Source: an uncultured virus (IMG/VR IMGVR_UViG_3300025141_013938) (Duplodnaviria; Heunggongvirae; Uroviricota; Caudoviricetes). Taken from it: a DNA stretch of 20,000 bases. Each line of letters opens with the position of its first letter. Position 1 is the stretch's first letter. The stretch lies in the IMG/VR virus record IMGVR_UViG_3300025141_013938, one strand, 5' to 3'. Under the pieces are notes generated by a model that searched no databases, was not told the DNA's origin, and saw only the letters and a program-made list of their open reading frames with translations. Positions 7,793 through 17,334 of this stretch are shown here, piece by piece. The translations under genes were made by a program, and so were the position numbers.

Positions 7793-7822
7793 TTGAACAA
7801 ATAGAGTCTTTCAAGATATTAT
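7793..7822 (+). promoter_or_regulatory. Putative promoter (T)TGAACA-N17-TATTAT
   Basis: TGAACA 7794-7799 and TATTAT 7817-7822, upstream of recA. Confidence 0.5.
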
Positions 7823-7848
7823 TTTAATGATATCAAGAGAAAATACAG

Positions 7849-9045
7849 ATGGCAAAAAATAATAGACCCAAGAAGGGAGAAAAGGTAGAAGACTTTACTT
7901 CTGACCTAATAGCTTCTTTAAATAAAGAACATGGCTCTCGTGTGGCATATAATCTTAGCCAAGATGAGTCACCCACACATGTCAGTCAGTGGATAAGTAC
8001 TGGCTCTCACTTGCTTGACTACATTTGTTCAAATAGAAGAAATGGCGGTCTTCCAGAGGGAAGAATCATAGAGATTTTTGGTCCTCCTAGCATAGGAAAG
8101 TCTCACATCGCAACACAGATAGCTAGAACAACACAGATGATGGGCGGAATTGTCGTTTATATTGACACAGAAAATGCCACGTCAGTTGAAAATTTAGGCC
8201 TGCTTGGTGTAGACGTTTCTAAGAGATTCGTGTACGTTGATACACATTGTACAGAAGAGGTTCTTTCAATTGCAGAGGCAACTATTTTAAAGGCACGTGC
8301 AATGGAAAAAGACGTTCCTGTCACAATTGTCTGGGATTCTGTTGCAGCATCATCTCCTAAGGCCGAGCTAATAGGTGACTATGATAAAGAATCAATAGGC
8401 CTTCAAGCTCGAGCGATTTCAAAGGGGATGAGAAAGATCACGGGTGTCATTGCTAATCAAAATGTTCTATTTGTAATTCTTAATCAGATAAGAACTAAGA
8501 TTGGTGTTATGTATGGTGATCCTGATATCACCCCAGGAGGCAAGGCAATTCCATTCCATGCTTCAACAAGAATTAAGCTTGGTGCGGGTCAGCAAATAAA
8601 AGATGGTGACGACGTGATCGGAATACACGTGTCAGCTAAGACAATTAAAAATAAGGTTGCACCTCCATTTAGAAAGATTAATTTTGAAATTCACTTTGGT
8701 GTGGGAATCAAGGAGCATGAGCAAATATTTGATGTGCTAAGAAAGCACGGTCCAGAAATAATAAATGACAACGAGATCTCTATTTCTGGTACGGGAGCAT
8801 GGAAGTGTATCACTATCACTGACACAAAAACAGGTGAAATTATCTCTGAAAAGAAGTTTCATAAACCAAAATTTGATGAGATAATGTCAGATCCTCAGTA
8901 TACGAAATATATTGATGATCTCTTAGAGATTGTAATGATTAAAAAATTTAATCCAGAAAACATTGATGTAGACACAGATTCTTACATTGAGGTAGAGTCT
9001 CTTGTTAATAGTATCAGTGAGGATTTCATTGATCCTGAGGCTTAG
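7849..9045 (+). CDS. recA: RecA/UvsX recombinase
   Basis: ISTGSHLLD, GGLPEGRIIEIFGPPSIGKS (Walker A), YIDTEN, VWDSVAA, GLQAR, NQIRTKIGVMYGDP..TPGGKA, KNKVAPPF. Confidence 0.95.
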   Translation: MAKNNRPKKGEKVEDFTSDLIASLNKEHGSRVAYNLSQDESPTHVSQWISTGSHLLDYICSNRRNGGLPEGRIIEIFGPPSIGKSHIATQIARTTQMMGGIVVYIDTENATSVENLGLLGVDVSKRFVYVDTHCTEEVLSIAEATILKARAMEKDVPVTIVWDSVAASSPKAELIGDYDKESIGLQARAISKGMRKITGVIANQNVLFVILNQIRTKIGVMYGDPDITPGGKAIPFHASTRIKLGAGQQIKDGDDVIGIHVSAKTIKNKVAPPFRKINFEIHFGVGIKEHEQIFDVLRKHGPEIINDNEISISGTGAWKCITITDTKTGEIISEKKFHKPKFDEIMSDPQYTKYIDDLLEIVMIKKFNPENIDVDTDSYIEVESLVNSISEDFIDPEA

Positions 9046-10004
9046 TGGAAAATACAGACAAGGTAGTGCTAATAGTTGACGCACTTAATCTATTTACGCG
9101 TCACTATGTTGCTCATCCTGCTTTAAATAGCAATGGTGGTCATGTAGGTGGCATAGTTGGATTTTTATATTCTGTTATATCACTTGTTGAAAGATATAAG
9201 CCCAGCGAAGTTGCTATTATCTGGGAAGGCGGCGGGTCCACTAGAAGGAGAGCAATATACAGTGAGTATAAGTCTAAAAGAAGGCCACAGAAACTAAACA
9301 GGTACTATGAGAAAGACATTCCAGATACTGTTGAAAATAGAAACTATCAAATTGCAACACTAGTACATCTTTTAGGATTCTTGCCAGCGATGCAGGTATA
9401 TGTTCCTGATTGTGAGGCTGATGACGTGATAGGCTACATGTCAAAGTATGCATTCAAAGATAAAAGAAAGGTAATAGTATCTTCTGATAGAGATTTCTAT
9501 CAGCTTCTCGATAATAAGACAATTATTTATTCGCCAACATGGAAAAAATTAGTGACATTTAAAGAAGTGAAAGAAAAGTTTGGAATATCTCCTGAAAATT
9601 TTTGTCTAGCAAAGGCCATATGTGGAGATCCTTCAGATAATATATCAGGAGTAAAGGGTGTCGGATTTAAAACATTGTCTAAAAGATTTCCAGAATTAAG
9701 AGAGTCAACATCTGTAGAGATATCAGATATCATAGATGTCTGTAACATGAATATCTCTGAGGGGACAAAAATAAAAGCGTACCAAGAGATAGTATCGTCA
9801 GAAGATCTTATACGAAGAAACTGGAAGCTAATATATCTTGATACCGTTAATCTTTCAGCATCACAAATACAGAAAATTAATTATTTGATTGATACTTTTG
9901 CTGTTTCTAGAAATAAAATTCATATGATGAGAGCCTTAATAAAAGAGGGAATTCAATCCTTTAACATTGATAGAGCATTTTTATCATTTAATCACATAAG
10001 GTAG
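9045..10004 (+). CDS. Stand-alone 5'-3' exonuclease / flap endonuclease (PolI N-terminal, T4 RNase H-like)
   Basis: LIVDALNLFTR, YSEYKSKR, EADDVIG, SSDRDFYQL, GDPSDNISGVKGVGFKT; GTG start overlaps the recA TAG. Confidence 0.92.
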   Translation: MENTDKVVLIVDALNLFTRHYVAHPALNSNGGHVGGIVGFLYSVISLVERYKPSEVAIIWEGGGSTRRRAIYSEYKSKRRPQKLNRYYEKDIPDTVENRNYQIATLVHLLGFLPAMQVYVPDCEADDVIGYMSKYAFKDKRKVIVSSDRDFYQLLDNKTIIYSPTWKKLVTFKEVKEKFGISPENFCLAKAICGDPSDNISGVKGVGFKTLSKRFPELRESTSVEISDIIDVCNMNISEGTKIKAYQEIVSSEDLIRRNWKLIYLDTVNLSASQIQKINYLIDTFAVSRNKIHMMRALIKEGIQSFNIDRAFLSFNHIR

Positions 10005-11384
10005 GTGAAAATGTCTGATACTGATCTCTTTAGTCAGTATGGAAAATCTTTTCAAGAAAAGATATTTCAAGCACTTTTAACAGATCATACCTGGGGTTCT
10101 CAGATGCTTGAGGTAATGACACCTGAATTTTTTGAAGTAAGGTATTTAAGATATCTTACAAAAAAATATTTTAAATACTTTGAAAAATATAAGACATTTC
10201 CAACACTTTCCTTGCTAATAACAATCATTAGAGATGATTTACGTGAGGGAAATGATATAATTTTGAGAGATCAAATAATTGAATTTCTTCACAGGTTAAA
10301 GGTTAGCCCTGATATGGGTGATCTTGCATTTGTTAAAGATAAATCACTTGATTTCTGTAGAAAACAGGCACTTAAGAGTGCACTTGAAAAATCTGTTGAG
10401 ATGGTTGCCACTGATAGATATGAGGAGGTCATATCTGTTATGAAAGATGCTATTTCAAGAGGCATGTCAAGTACATTAGGGCATAATTTTTTTGAAGATT
10501 TTGAACATAGATTTTCTAAAGTTGCAAGAGTGACTTGCCCAACTGGATTACAACAGCTTGATAAAAAAGATTTATTAAACGGCGGATTGGGTAGGGGAGA
10601 AATAGGAGTTATAACAGCTCCTACCGGGGCTGGAAAATCTCACTTCCTAGTACACCTCGGTGTTGAGGCACTTAAGGTTGGCAAGAATGTTGTTCACTAT
10701 ACATTTGAACTTTCTGAGAGAGCTGTAGGTCTGAGATATGATAGCAACCTTTGTGACATTCCAAGTAATGAAGTTATTGACAGAAAGAATGAAGTAATTG
10801 AAAAATATGAGAGCATGGATACAGGAAGGCTTATCATCAAGGAATATCCAACTGGTGCGGCGTCTGTTATGACTATTAGAAATCACATTGAAAAATTACT
10901 TCTCAAGTCATTTATTCCAGGACTAATAATAATCGACTATGCAGATATTATGAAGCCGTCGAGAAAGCTTGATTTTCTTCGTCATGAATTGAAGTTAATA
11001 TATGAGGAGCTAAGAAACTTATCAATGGATCTAAACGTTCCTGTCTGGACAGCATCGCAGGCAAATAGAGAAGCTGCTAATTCATCTGTTGTAGGGCTAG
11101 AAAATATGTCAGAGGCTTATGGAAAAGCAATGGTTGCAGATGTTGTACTCTCGCTTTCTAGAAAGCCTATTGAAAAATCATCTGGTGCTGGAAGGCTATT
11201 TGTTGCTAAGAATAGGTCCGGAAGAGACGGAATTTTATTTCCCGTATTTTTAGACACTGCTAAGTCAAAGATCTCAATTGTTGAAAGTGCAAGTGAGATG
11301 TCAATAGAAGATATTATCAACACAGACTCAGGTTCACTAAGAGATCTTTTGAGAGAAAAGTGGAAAGAGGTTAACGGTGATTAA
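10005..11384 (+). CDS. Replicative DnaB-family (T4 gp41-like) helicase
   Basis: GGLGRGEIGVITAPTGAGKS (Walker A), YTFELSE, IIIDYAD (Walker B), WTASQANR, AKNRSG; true start may be ATG 10011. Confidence 0.92.
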   Translation: MKMSDTDLFSQYGKSFQEKIFQALLTDHTWGSQMLEVMTPEFFEVRYLRYLTKKYFKYFEKYKTFPTLSLLITIIRDDLREGNDIILRDQIIEFLHRLKVSPDMGDLAFVKDKSLDFCRKQALKSALEKSVEMVATDRYEEVISVMKDAISRGMSSTLGHNFFEDFEHRFSKVARVTCPTGLQQLDKKDLLNGGLGRGEIGVITAPTGAGKSHFLVHLGVEALKVGKNVVHYTFELSERAVGLRYDSNLCDIPSNEVIDRKNEVIEKYESMDTGRLIIKEYPTGAASVMTIRNHIEKLLLKSFIPGLIIIDYADIMKPSRKLDFLRHELKLIYEELRNLSMDLNVPVWTASQANREAANSSVVGLENMSEAYGKAMVADVVLSLSRKPIEKSSGAGRLFVAKNRSGRDGILFPVFLDTAKSKISIVESASEMSIEDIINTDSGSLRDLLREKWKEVNGD

Positions 11385-11419
11385 CTATCGCTGTAAATAT
11401 TACATTATCGAGGTGTCAT

Positions 11420-13903
11420 GTGTCGACGTTTGAAGAAGCAATTAGTGCATGTATTGAATATTTTGGAGGAGATGAACTAGCTGCTAATGTTTTTGTGACA
11501 AAATATGCTCTAACTGATAAAGATGGTGTGATACATGAGCTAACACCTGATGATATGCATCACAGAATGGCACGTGAATTTGCACGAATAGAGAAAAAAT
11601 ATCCAAATCCCATGTCAGAGGAAGGGATCTATGATCTTTTCAAGGATTTTAAGTATATAGTTCCACAGGGTTCTCCTATGTCAGGTGTTGGTAACCCATA
11701 CCAGATCCAGTCACTATCTAACTGCTTCGTTATTGAGTCACCATATGACTCATATGGGGGAATTTTAAAGACTGATCAGGAATTAGTTCAAATTGCTAAG
11801 AGGCGAGGAGGAGTAGGGTTTGATCTTTCAACGATTCGACCTAAGGGCCTGTCTACTAAAAATTGTGCAAGAACAACAGACGGCATTGAGGTCTTCATGG
11901 ATCGTTTTTCTAATTCATGCCGAGAGGTGGCACAGGGTGGTCGCAGAGGTGCATTAATGCTTACGATATCTGTACATCATCCGCAGATCAGAGATTTCAT
12001 AAGGATCAAGCAAAATTTAACAAGAGTAACAGGCGCAAATATTAGTGTAAGACTGTCTGATGAGTTTTTACAAGCTGTCAATGACGATAAAAAGTTTCAG
12101 CTAAGATTTCCTGTAGATTCTGATGATCCTAAATTTTCCTCACTAGTGTCTGCAAGAGAAATATGGGAAGAAATAATTGAATGTGCACATTCTTGTGCAG
12201 AACCAGGTCTTCTTTTTTGGGACACTGCAACAAGACTGACGCCATCAGACATCTATTCTGATAAAGGGTTTGGGTCTACTTCTACTAATCCTTGTGGAGA
12301 AATTATTTTATCTCCTTATGATAGCTGTCGTCTTATGGTTATTAACCTTTTATCTTTTGTGAAGAGTCCATATACTCCCCTGGCTGAATTTGATTTTTCT
12401 TCTATGCAAAGTGTTGTTCAAAAAGCACAAAGGTTAATGGACGACATGATTGATCTTGAAATAGAACAAATTAAAAAAATTATAAAAAAGATTGAAAATG
12501 ATCCAGAGCCTTCAAGTGTTAAGAAGATTGAAAAGGATATGTGGATAAATATTAAAACACAGGCACATCTAGGTAGAAGAACTGGATTAGGCATGACAGC
12601 AGTTGGTGATACACTTGCTGCACTAGGAATTCGCTATGGGTCGCAAGAGTCTATTGATGCTGTAGAGGAATTTTATAAAAATTTAGCCATTAATTCATAT
12701 AAGTCTTCGTGTGTGATGGCAAAGGAGCGGGGAGCATTTGAAATTCATGATCACAACAAAGAGAGAGAGAATGAATTTTTGAAAAGAATATGGGGTGCAT
12801 CTCCAGATGTATATGAGCTTTCTAAAAAATATGGAAGGAGAAATATTGCTCTTACAACTACAGCTCCAGCAGGATCTGTGTCAACACTGACACAAACAAC
12901 TAGTGGGATCGAGCCAGCGTATCTAGTAAAGTATACTCGACGTAAAAAACTAACTGAGCATGATTTAGACGGTCGTGTTGACTTTGTTGATGACGTGGGA
13001 GATAGGTGGCAAGAATATGATGTTTATCATCATGGGTTTAAGCAGTGGATGGAAACTTTATCTGATGAAGAGATAAATACATCAAATATAGAAGACTTAG
13101 TTGAATCTAGCCCATATGCAAGAGCGACGTCTAGTGAAATTGACTGGGTTGCTAAGGTAAAGATGCAAGCTGCAGCACAAAAGTGGATATGTCATGCGAT
13201 TTCAAATACAACAAATGTTCCAGCTGACACTGATGTAGAGACAATAAAGAAAATCTATCTAGAGGGGTGGAAGTCTGGATGCAAGGGAGTGACAGTATAC
13301 CGCGAGGGATCTAGAAGCGGTGTGCTTATTAGATCCTTAGGGAACACTTCTAAGTTTGAGACACACGAGGCACCAGTCAGGCCTGATAAGCTTCCATGTC
13401 ATATACATCACGCATCTATTAAGGGAGAAGCATGGACAATTCTTGTAGGTACACTAGATGGAAGGCCATATGAGGTTATGGGAGGACTACAGCAGTACAT
13501 AGAGATTCCCAAGAAGTATAAGGAGGGCATAATCGTAAAGCATTCAAGAAAGACTAGAAATTCAATTTATGATCTTAGGGTCGGGAAAAATGGAGATGAG
13601 TTTATTATAAAAGATATAGTCTCAGTATTTGACAATCCAAATCATGCTGGTTTTACTAGAACTATCTCTCTCGCTCTACGACATGGTGCAAACATACACT
13701 ATGTAGTCGAGCAGCTTCAGAAGGATCGAGAGATGGATATGTTTTCATTTTCAAAGGTTATAGCGAGAGTTCTTAAGTCTTATATTAAGGATGGCACAGT
13801 TCCAGGAAAGACTGTTTGTGAAAATTGTAGTGCAGAAGATACACTCAGGTATCAGGAAGGCTGTGTGATGTGCACTGCTTGCAGTTATTCTAAGTGCGGA
13901 TAG
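11420..13903 (+). CDS. nrdJ: Class II (adenosylcobalamin-dependent) ribonucleotide reductase
   Basis: SLSNCFV, GGRRGALM, TNPCGEI, RRTGLG, APAGSVS, GIEP, KGVTVYREGSR and C-terminal CxxC...EGCxxCxxCxYSKC; no adjacent beta subunit gene; SD GAGGTG. Confidence 0.9.
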   Translation: MSTFEEAISACIEYFGGDELAANVFVTKYALTDKDGVIHELTPDDMHHRMAREFARIEKKYPNPMSEEGIYDLFKDFKYIVPQGSPMSGVGNPYQIQSLSNCFVIESPYDSYGGILKTDQELVQIAKRRGGVGFDLSTIRPKGLSTKNCARTTDGIEVFMDRFSNSCREVAQGGRRGALMLTISVHHPQIRDFIRIKQNLTRVTGANISVRLSDEFLQAVNDDKKFQLRFPVDSDDPKFSSLVSAREIWEEIIECAHSCAEPGLLFWDTATRLTPSDIYSDKGFGSTSTNPCGEIILSPYDSCRLMVINLLSFVKSPYTPLAEFDFSSMQSVVQKAQRLMDDMIDLEIEQIKKIIKKIENDPEPSSVKKIEKDMWINIKTQAHLGRRTGLGMTAVGDTLAALGIRYGSQESIDAVEEFYKNLAINSYKSSCVMAKERGAFEIHDHNKERENEFLKRIWGASPDVYELSKKYGRRNIALTTTAPAGSVSTLTQTTSGIEPAYLVKYTRRKKLTEHDLDGRVDFVDDVGDRWQEYDVYHHGFKQWMETLSDEEINTSNIEDLVESSPYARATSSEIDWVAKVKMQAAAQKWICHAISNTTNVPADTDVETIKKIYLEGWKSGCKGVTVYREGSRSGVLIRSLGNTSKFETHEAPVRPDKLPCHIHHASIKGEAWTILVGTLDGRPYEVMGGLQQYIEIPKKYKEGIIVKHSRKTRNSIYDLRVGKNGDEFIIKDIVSVFDNPNHAGFTRTISLALRHGANIHYVVEQLQKDREMDMFSFSKVIARVLKSYIKDGTVPGKTVCENCSAEDTLRYQEGCVMCTACSYSKCG

Positions 13904-13925
13904 CATAGTTATGCTTAGAGGCAAC

Positions 13926-14309
13926 ATGGCATACTCAAAAAAGGTCCTAGATCATTTTAAAAATCCCAAAAATATAGGATCTTTAGATAAAAATGATAAA
14001 AATGTAGGAACGGGAATTGTCGGAGCGCCTGAGTGCGGTGATGTAATGAAGCTACAAATTAGTGTAAAAGATTGTTGCATAGTTGATGCTAAATTTAAAA
14101 CATTTGGATGCGGTTCAGCAATAGCTGCATCATCACTTGCAACAGAAATGATAAAAGGTCGTACATTACAAGAAGCATCAACTCTCAAAAATACAGAAAT
14201 CGTTGATGAGCTCAGCCTCCCACCGGTGAAAATACACTGTTCTGTTCTAGCTGAAGAAGCTATCAAGTCAGCTATTGAGGACTACAGGAGCAAGAATGAT
14301 GAAGGGTGA
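13926..14309 (+). CDS. iscU: Fe-S cluster scaffold protein IscU
   Basis: MAYSKKVLDHFKNPKNIG, GAPECGDVMKLQI, FKTFGCGSAIAASS, LPPVKIHCSVLAE; start placed at ATG 13926 (SD AGAGG). Confidence 0.95.
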   Translation: MAYSKKVLDHFKNPKNIGSLDKNDKNVGTGIVGAPECGDVMKLQISVKDCCIVDAKFKTFGCGSAIAASSLATEMIKGRTLQEASTLKNTEIVDELSLPPVKIHCSVLAEEAIKSAIEDYRSKNDEG

Positions 14310-14315
14310 TATAGA

Positions 14316-14645
14316 ATGTCAATAACAATGACAGAGAATGCAATAAGGGCAGCATCAGATGCAGTAAATGATGATGACGCACACCCGATCGGCTTGCGAG
14401 TAGCAGTAGTCGGCGGCGGATGCTCAGGATATTCTTATGGCCTTGACTTCGTTGAAGACGATGATATAGATGAGGATGATTCTCAGCTAAAATTTGGTGG
14501 CTTAACAGTCTATCTCGATCCCCACAGCGCGCAGATGCTCGGCGAAACCGAGATCGACTACGTCGAAACACTCCAGAAGAAGGGCTTCGTGTTTAACAAC
14601 CCGAACGCGAAGACAACCTGCGGCTGCGGCTCGAGCTTCAGTTAG
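14316..14645 (+). CDS. iscA: A-type Fe-S carrier, IscA/ErpA (HesB) family
   Basis: LRVAVVGGGCSGYSY and FNNPNAKTTCGCGSSFS with all three conserved Cys. Confidence 0.92.
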   Translation: MSITMTENAIRAASDAVNDDDAHPIGLRVAVVGGGCSGYSYGLDFVEDDDIDEDDSQLKFGGLTVYLDPHSAQMLGETEIDYVETLQKKGFVFNNPNAKTTCGCGSSFS

Positions 14646-14653
14646 CTAAAAAC

Positions 14654-15256
14654 ATGAAATGGACAACTAAAGTATCTCATCTTATTAAAGAGGTTGAGCT
14701 CAGAAAAAATCCTATAATTGTGACAGTTAATAAGTTTGACGAAAAATCTGCAAAAGAGTTTCAACAGCAGATATCTATGGCACATAACACAGGTCAAAGT
14801 GTGATTCCAGTTGTGATTGATTCATACGGTGGACAAGCTTACAGCTTAATGTCTATGATTTCCGCTATAAAGCATTCAGAGATACCAGTTGCAACTATTG
14901 TTGAGGGCAAGGCGATGTCATGTGGAGCAATTTTATTCTCTTTTGGTGAGGACGGTCTCCGTTTTATGGACAGCGATGCAACGCTCATGATTCACGATGT
15001 CTCATCTATGGAGCGTGGAAAGGTTGAAGAGATCAAAGCGTCTGCAGAAGAAACTGAGAGGCTTAATCAGATTGTCTATAAGATGATGGCTAGAAACTGT
15101 GGTAAGAAAGACGATCACTTTCTAAAGCTTGTTCACAAGAAGGGACATGCAGACTGGTTTTTAAATTCAGAAGAAGCTAAGAAGCATAACCTAGCAAATC
15201 ACATAAGAATCCCTAAGATTAACATTAATATTGCAGTTGACATAGACTTTGAATAA
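14654..15256 (+). CDS. ClpP-family serine protease
   Basis: IDSYGG, GKAMSCGA (Ser), LMIHD (His), ADWFLNSEEAK (Asp region). Confidence 0.85.
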   Translation: MKWTTKVSHLIKEVELRKNPIIVTVNKFDEKSAKEFQQQISMAHNTGQSVIPVVIDSYGGQAYSLMSMISAIKHSEIPVATIVEGKAMSCGAILFSFGEDGLRFMDSDATLMIHDVSSMERGKVEEIKASAEETERLNQIVYKMMARNCGKKDDHFLKLVHKKGHADWFLNSEEAKKHNLANHIRIPKININIAVDIDFE

Positions 15257-15268
15257 TAGGAGTTTAAA

Positions 15269-15505
15269 GTGACACAAAGAGAAATAATAGAAGAGTTTGT
15301 AGAAAAACTCATAAGAATAGAGAATGAAAAAAAGCTTCTCCAAGATGAGCAAAAAGATCTATTTACGTCTTATAAGGACACACTTGATATAAAAGCAATA
15401 AGGGCAGCTATTCAAATAGCAAAAATAAAGTCTAGGCTCGGCGATTCTGAATACGCAATGGAAGATATGCTAGACACTGTAGAAAAGAAAATATCACTTT
15501 CTTAA
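15269..15505 (+). CDS. Small DNA-binding protein, GapR/DUF2312 (T4 DsbA-like) family
   Basis: 78 aa; EEFVEKLIRIENEKKLLQDEQKDLF...LDIKAIRAAIQIAK resembles the family pattern; GTG start with SD AGGAG. Confidence 0.65.
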   Translation: MTQREIIEEFVEKLIRIENEKKLLQDEQKDLFTSYKDTLDIKAIRAAIQIAKIKSRLGDSEYAMEDMLDTVEKKISLS

Positions 15506-15518
15506 GGGAGAAAGACTG

Positions 15519-16460
15519 ATGGATAAAGACTTTTATAATAAGTCAAGCTCTGACAGCCTCGGGTGGGACCCATCTTGGTTCGGTTGCGAAGAGTTTGACG
15601 TGAATTTAGTGAATGCCGTTCAAAAGTGGCAAAGAAAAAATGGATTAACAGCTGATGGTCTTGTTGGGCCTATGACGTATAGGCGCGTGTGGACAGAGAG
15701 AGAAGCTAATATATCAGATTCATTTCCATCGCTGAAAAGCTATAGAGGCGGTGATAAGCATATTGTTCATAACGGACATTTTATTCCAATTGAGTGGACT
15801 AAAGTGATTCTCTGGGATGAATCTACAGGGTTCAAGTCAAACAAAGGATGCTACACTGACTATTCTGGAAAGCCGGATAGAAAGCCTACATTTTTTGTAA
15901 ATCACTGGGATGTGTGCTTAAGTTCAGCATCGTGTGCAAAAGTTTTAAACAAAAGAGGAATATCAGTTCACTTTCTTATTGATAATGATGGAACAATTTT
16001 TCAGACATTAGATACACAGCATAAAGCGTGGCACGCGGGTATTCCAAGATATGAAGGTGGGAACCCTAAGGGAATCGGTGTAGAAATTAGCAATGCATAT
16101 TACCTCAAGTATCAAGACTGGTATGTCAATCACGGATACGGAAAACGACCAATTCAGGAAAATGGATTAGTTCACGGAAGGGTGAGAGCTCCATTTTTAG
16201 ATTTTTATCCCATACAGATCGAAGCTCTGAAAGCATTATGGAAGGCAATTCACGTTGGGCTCGAAATTCCGCTAGAATATCCAAAAGATTTAAATGGACA
16301 ATTTGATACTGGGCTTAATAAGGATTGTGAGAGAGGAAAGTTTCATGGATTCTGTAATCACTATAACTTCATTAAATCAAAAATTGACTGTGCTGGACTA
16401 GACCTACCAGAACTTCTAGAGGACGTAAAAAACACACCTGACTATTGTTTAGACAGCTAG
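15519..16460 (+). CDS. Modular endolysin: peptidoglycan-binding domain + N-acetylmuramoyl-L-alanine amidase (Amidase_2)
   Basis: AVQKWQRKNGLTADGLVGPMT (PG-binding); VNHWD, SVHFLIDNDGTIFQ, AWHAG, GVEISN, NHYN...KIDC (Zn ligands H/H/C). Confidence 0.85.
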   Translation: MDKDFYNKSSSDSLGWDPSWFGCEEFDVNLVNAVQKWQRKNGLTADGLVGPMTYRRVWTEREANISDSFPSLKSYRGGDKHIVHNGHFIPIEWTKVILWDESTGFKSNKGCYTDYSGKPDRKPTFFVNHWDVCLSSASCAKVLNKRGISVHFLIDNDGTIFQTLDTQHKAWHAGIPRYEGGNPKGIGVEISNAYYLKYQDWYVNHGYGKRPIQENGLVHGRVRAPFLDFYPIQIEALKALWKAIHVGLEIPLEYPKDLNGQFDTGLNKDCERGKFHGFCNHYNFIKSKIDCAGLDLPELLEDVKNTPDYCLDS

Positions 16461-16468
16461 GAATATTT

Positions 16469-16888
16469 ATGTCTGCATATTGGCAAACTATGAAACTATT
16501 ATCTACTCATTTATGTAAGACGAGCGATATAGGATTTCACGGAAATTTATTTGGAGGTCAATTATTAGCGTGGCTTGACGAGGCAGGAGCTGCTCTCTCT
16601 GCAGAATTTGCAGAGACAGGACGCATAGTCACAAAGCATATCTCTGAGGTGAACTTTCAAAGCCCTGTTAGACCTGGTCAGCTCATTAAAATTTATGGAA
16701 AAATTAAAAAGGTTGGGAATACTTCTTTAACTTTAGAAGTAGAAGCAAGAAGACATAGCATATATAATGGAACTCAAAAACCTGTATGTAGGTGTGAGAT
16801 GACATTTGTTAGAATAGACGGAGACGGAGAACCAGTACCAATTCCTCCTCACATCCACAAAAAATTTGAAGATACCAGCGCTGAGTAA
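16469..16888 (+). CDS. Hotdog-fold acyl-CoA thioesterase (YciA-like)
   Basis: DIGFHGNLFGGQLLAWLDEAG, VNFQSPVRPG, VGNTS, MTFVRID..GEP; start at ATG 16469 (SD AGGA) or 16490. Confidence 0.85.
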   Translation: MSAYWQTMKLLSTHLCKTSDIGFHGNLFGGQLLAWLDEAGAALSAEFAETGRIVTKHISEVNFQSPVRPGQLIKIYGKIKKVGNTSLTLEVEARRHSIYNGTQKPVCRCEMTFVRIDGDGEPVPIPPHIHKKFEDTSAE

Positions 16889-16954
16889 TTTAATTTAACT
16901 TATTTTTTAAAATTTGATACAAAATAAGCATGCTTGTTTTTCTTTGTGTAATGA

Positions 16955-17290
16955 ATGCTTAATAGATTCTTCATTTTCATGTTAGGATTTATAGTAGTTT
17001 CAAATTTAATAGATGCAATTGCAACAGCTGTCTGGGTTAACATGGGGCTAGCAACTGAATTTAATCCTCTCATGGCAGGAATTTTAGACTCAGGTCCGGG
17101 AAAATTTATTTTAATTAAGATGATTTTAATTAATTTATGTGTCTATCTTCTCTGGAGGTTTAAAGATAAAAGTTTATCAAAGTGGCTTGTCACACCAGTT
17201 TTTCTTATTTATACTTATATACTTCTTATTCACCTCTATATTTTATCACAGGCCTTAGGTCCGTGGAGACATCTTCATGCATTATCATAG
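16955..17290 (+). CDS. Small membrane protein, DUF5658-like
   Basis: About three hydrophobic segments; D.IAT...G.ATEFNPLM...FILIK pattern. Confidence 0.6.
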   Translation: MLNRFFIFMLGFIVVSNLIDAIATAVWVNMGLATEFNPLMAGILDSGPGKFILIKMILINLCVYLLWRFKDKSLSKWLVTPVFLIYTYILLIHLYILSQALGPWRHLHALS

Positions 17291-17323
17291 ATAAACTAGG
17301 CTATAAAATGATGATCATCAGTG

Positions 17324-17329
17324 TATAAT
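17324..17329 (+). promoter_or_regulatory. Consensus -10 (TATAAT) just before the glycosylase ATG, possibly leaderless
   Basis: TATAAT ends 5 nt before ATG 17335; no SD. Confidence 0.4.
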
Positions 17330-17334
17330 ATTTT

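Noticed and set aside
9045..11384. TAG reassignment or readthrough: many genes end in TAG, and the exonuclease TAG (10002-10004) is directly in frame with the helicase
   Set aside because: TAG falls at the natural C-termini of conserved proteins (NrdJ ...SKCG, IscA ...SSFS), and no conserved gene is interrupted by TAG, so the standard code fits. The helicase has its own start codons.
11420..13903. Inteins or introns in RNR (also checked RecA and the helicase)
   Set aside because: Lengths are normal, motifs are contiguous, and no intein splice-junction or homing endonuclease motifs were seen.
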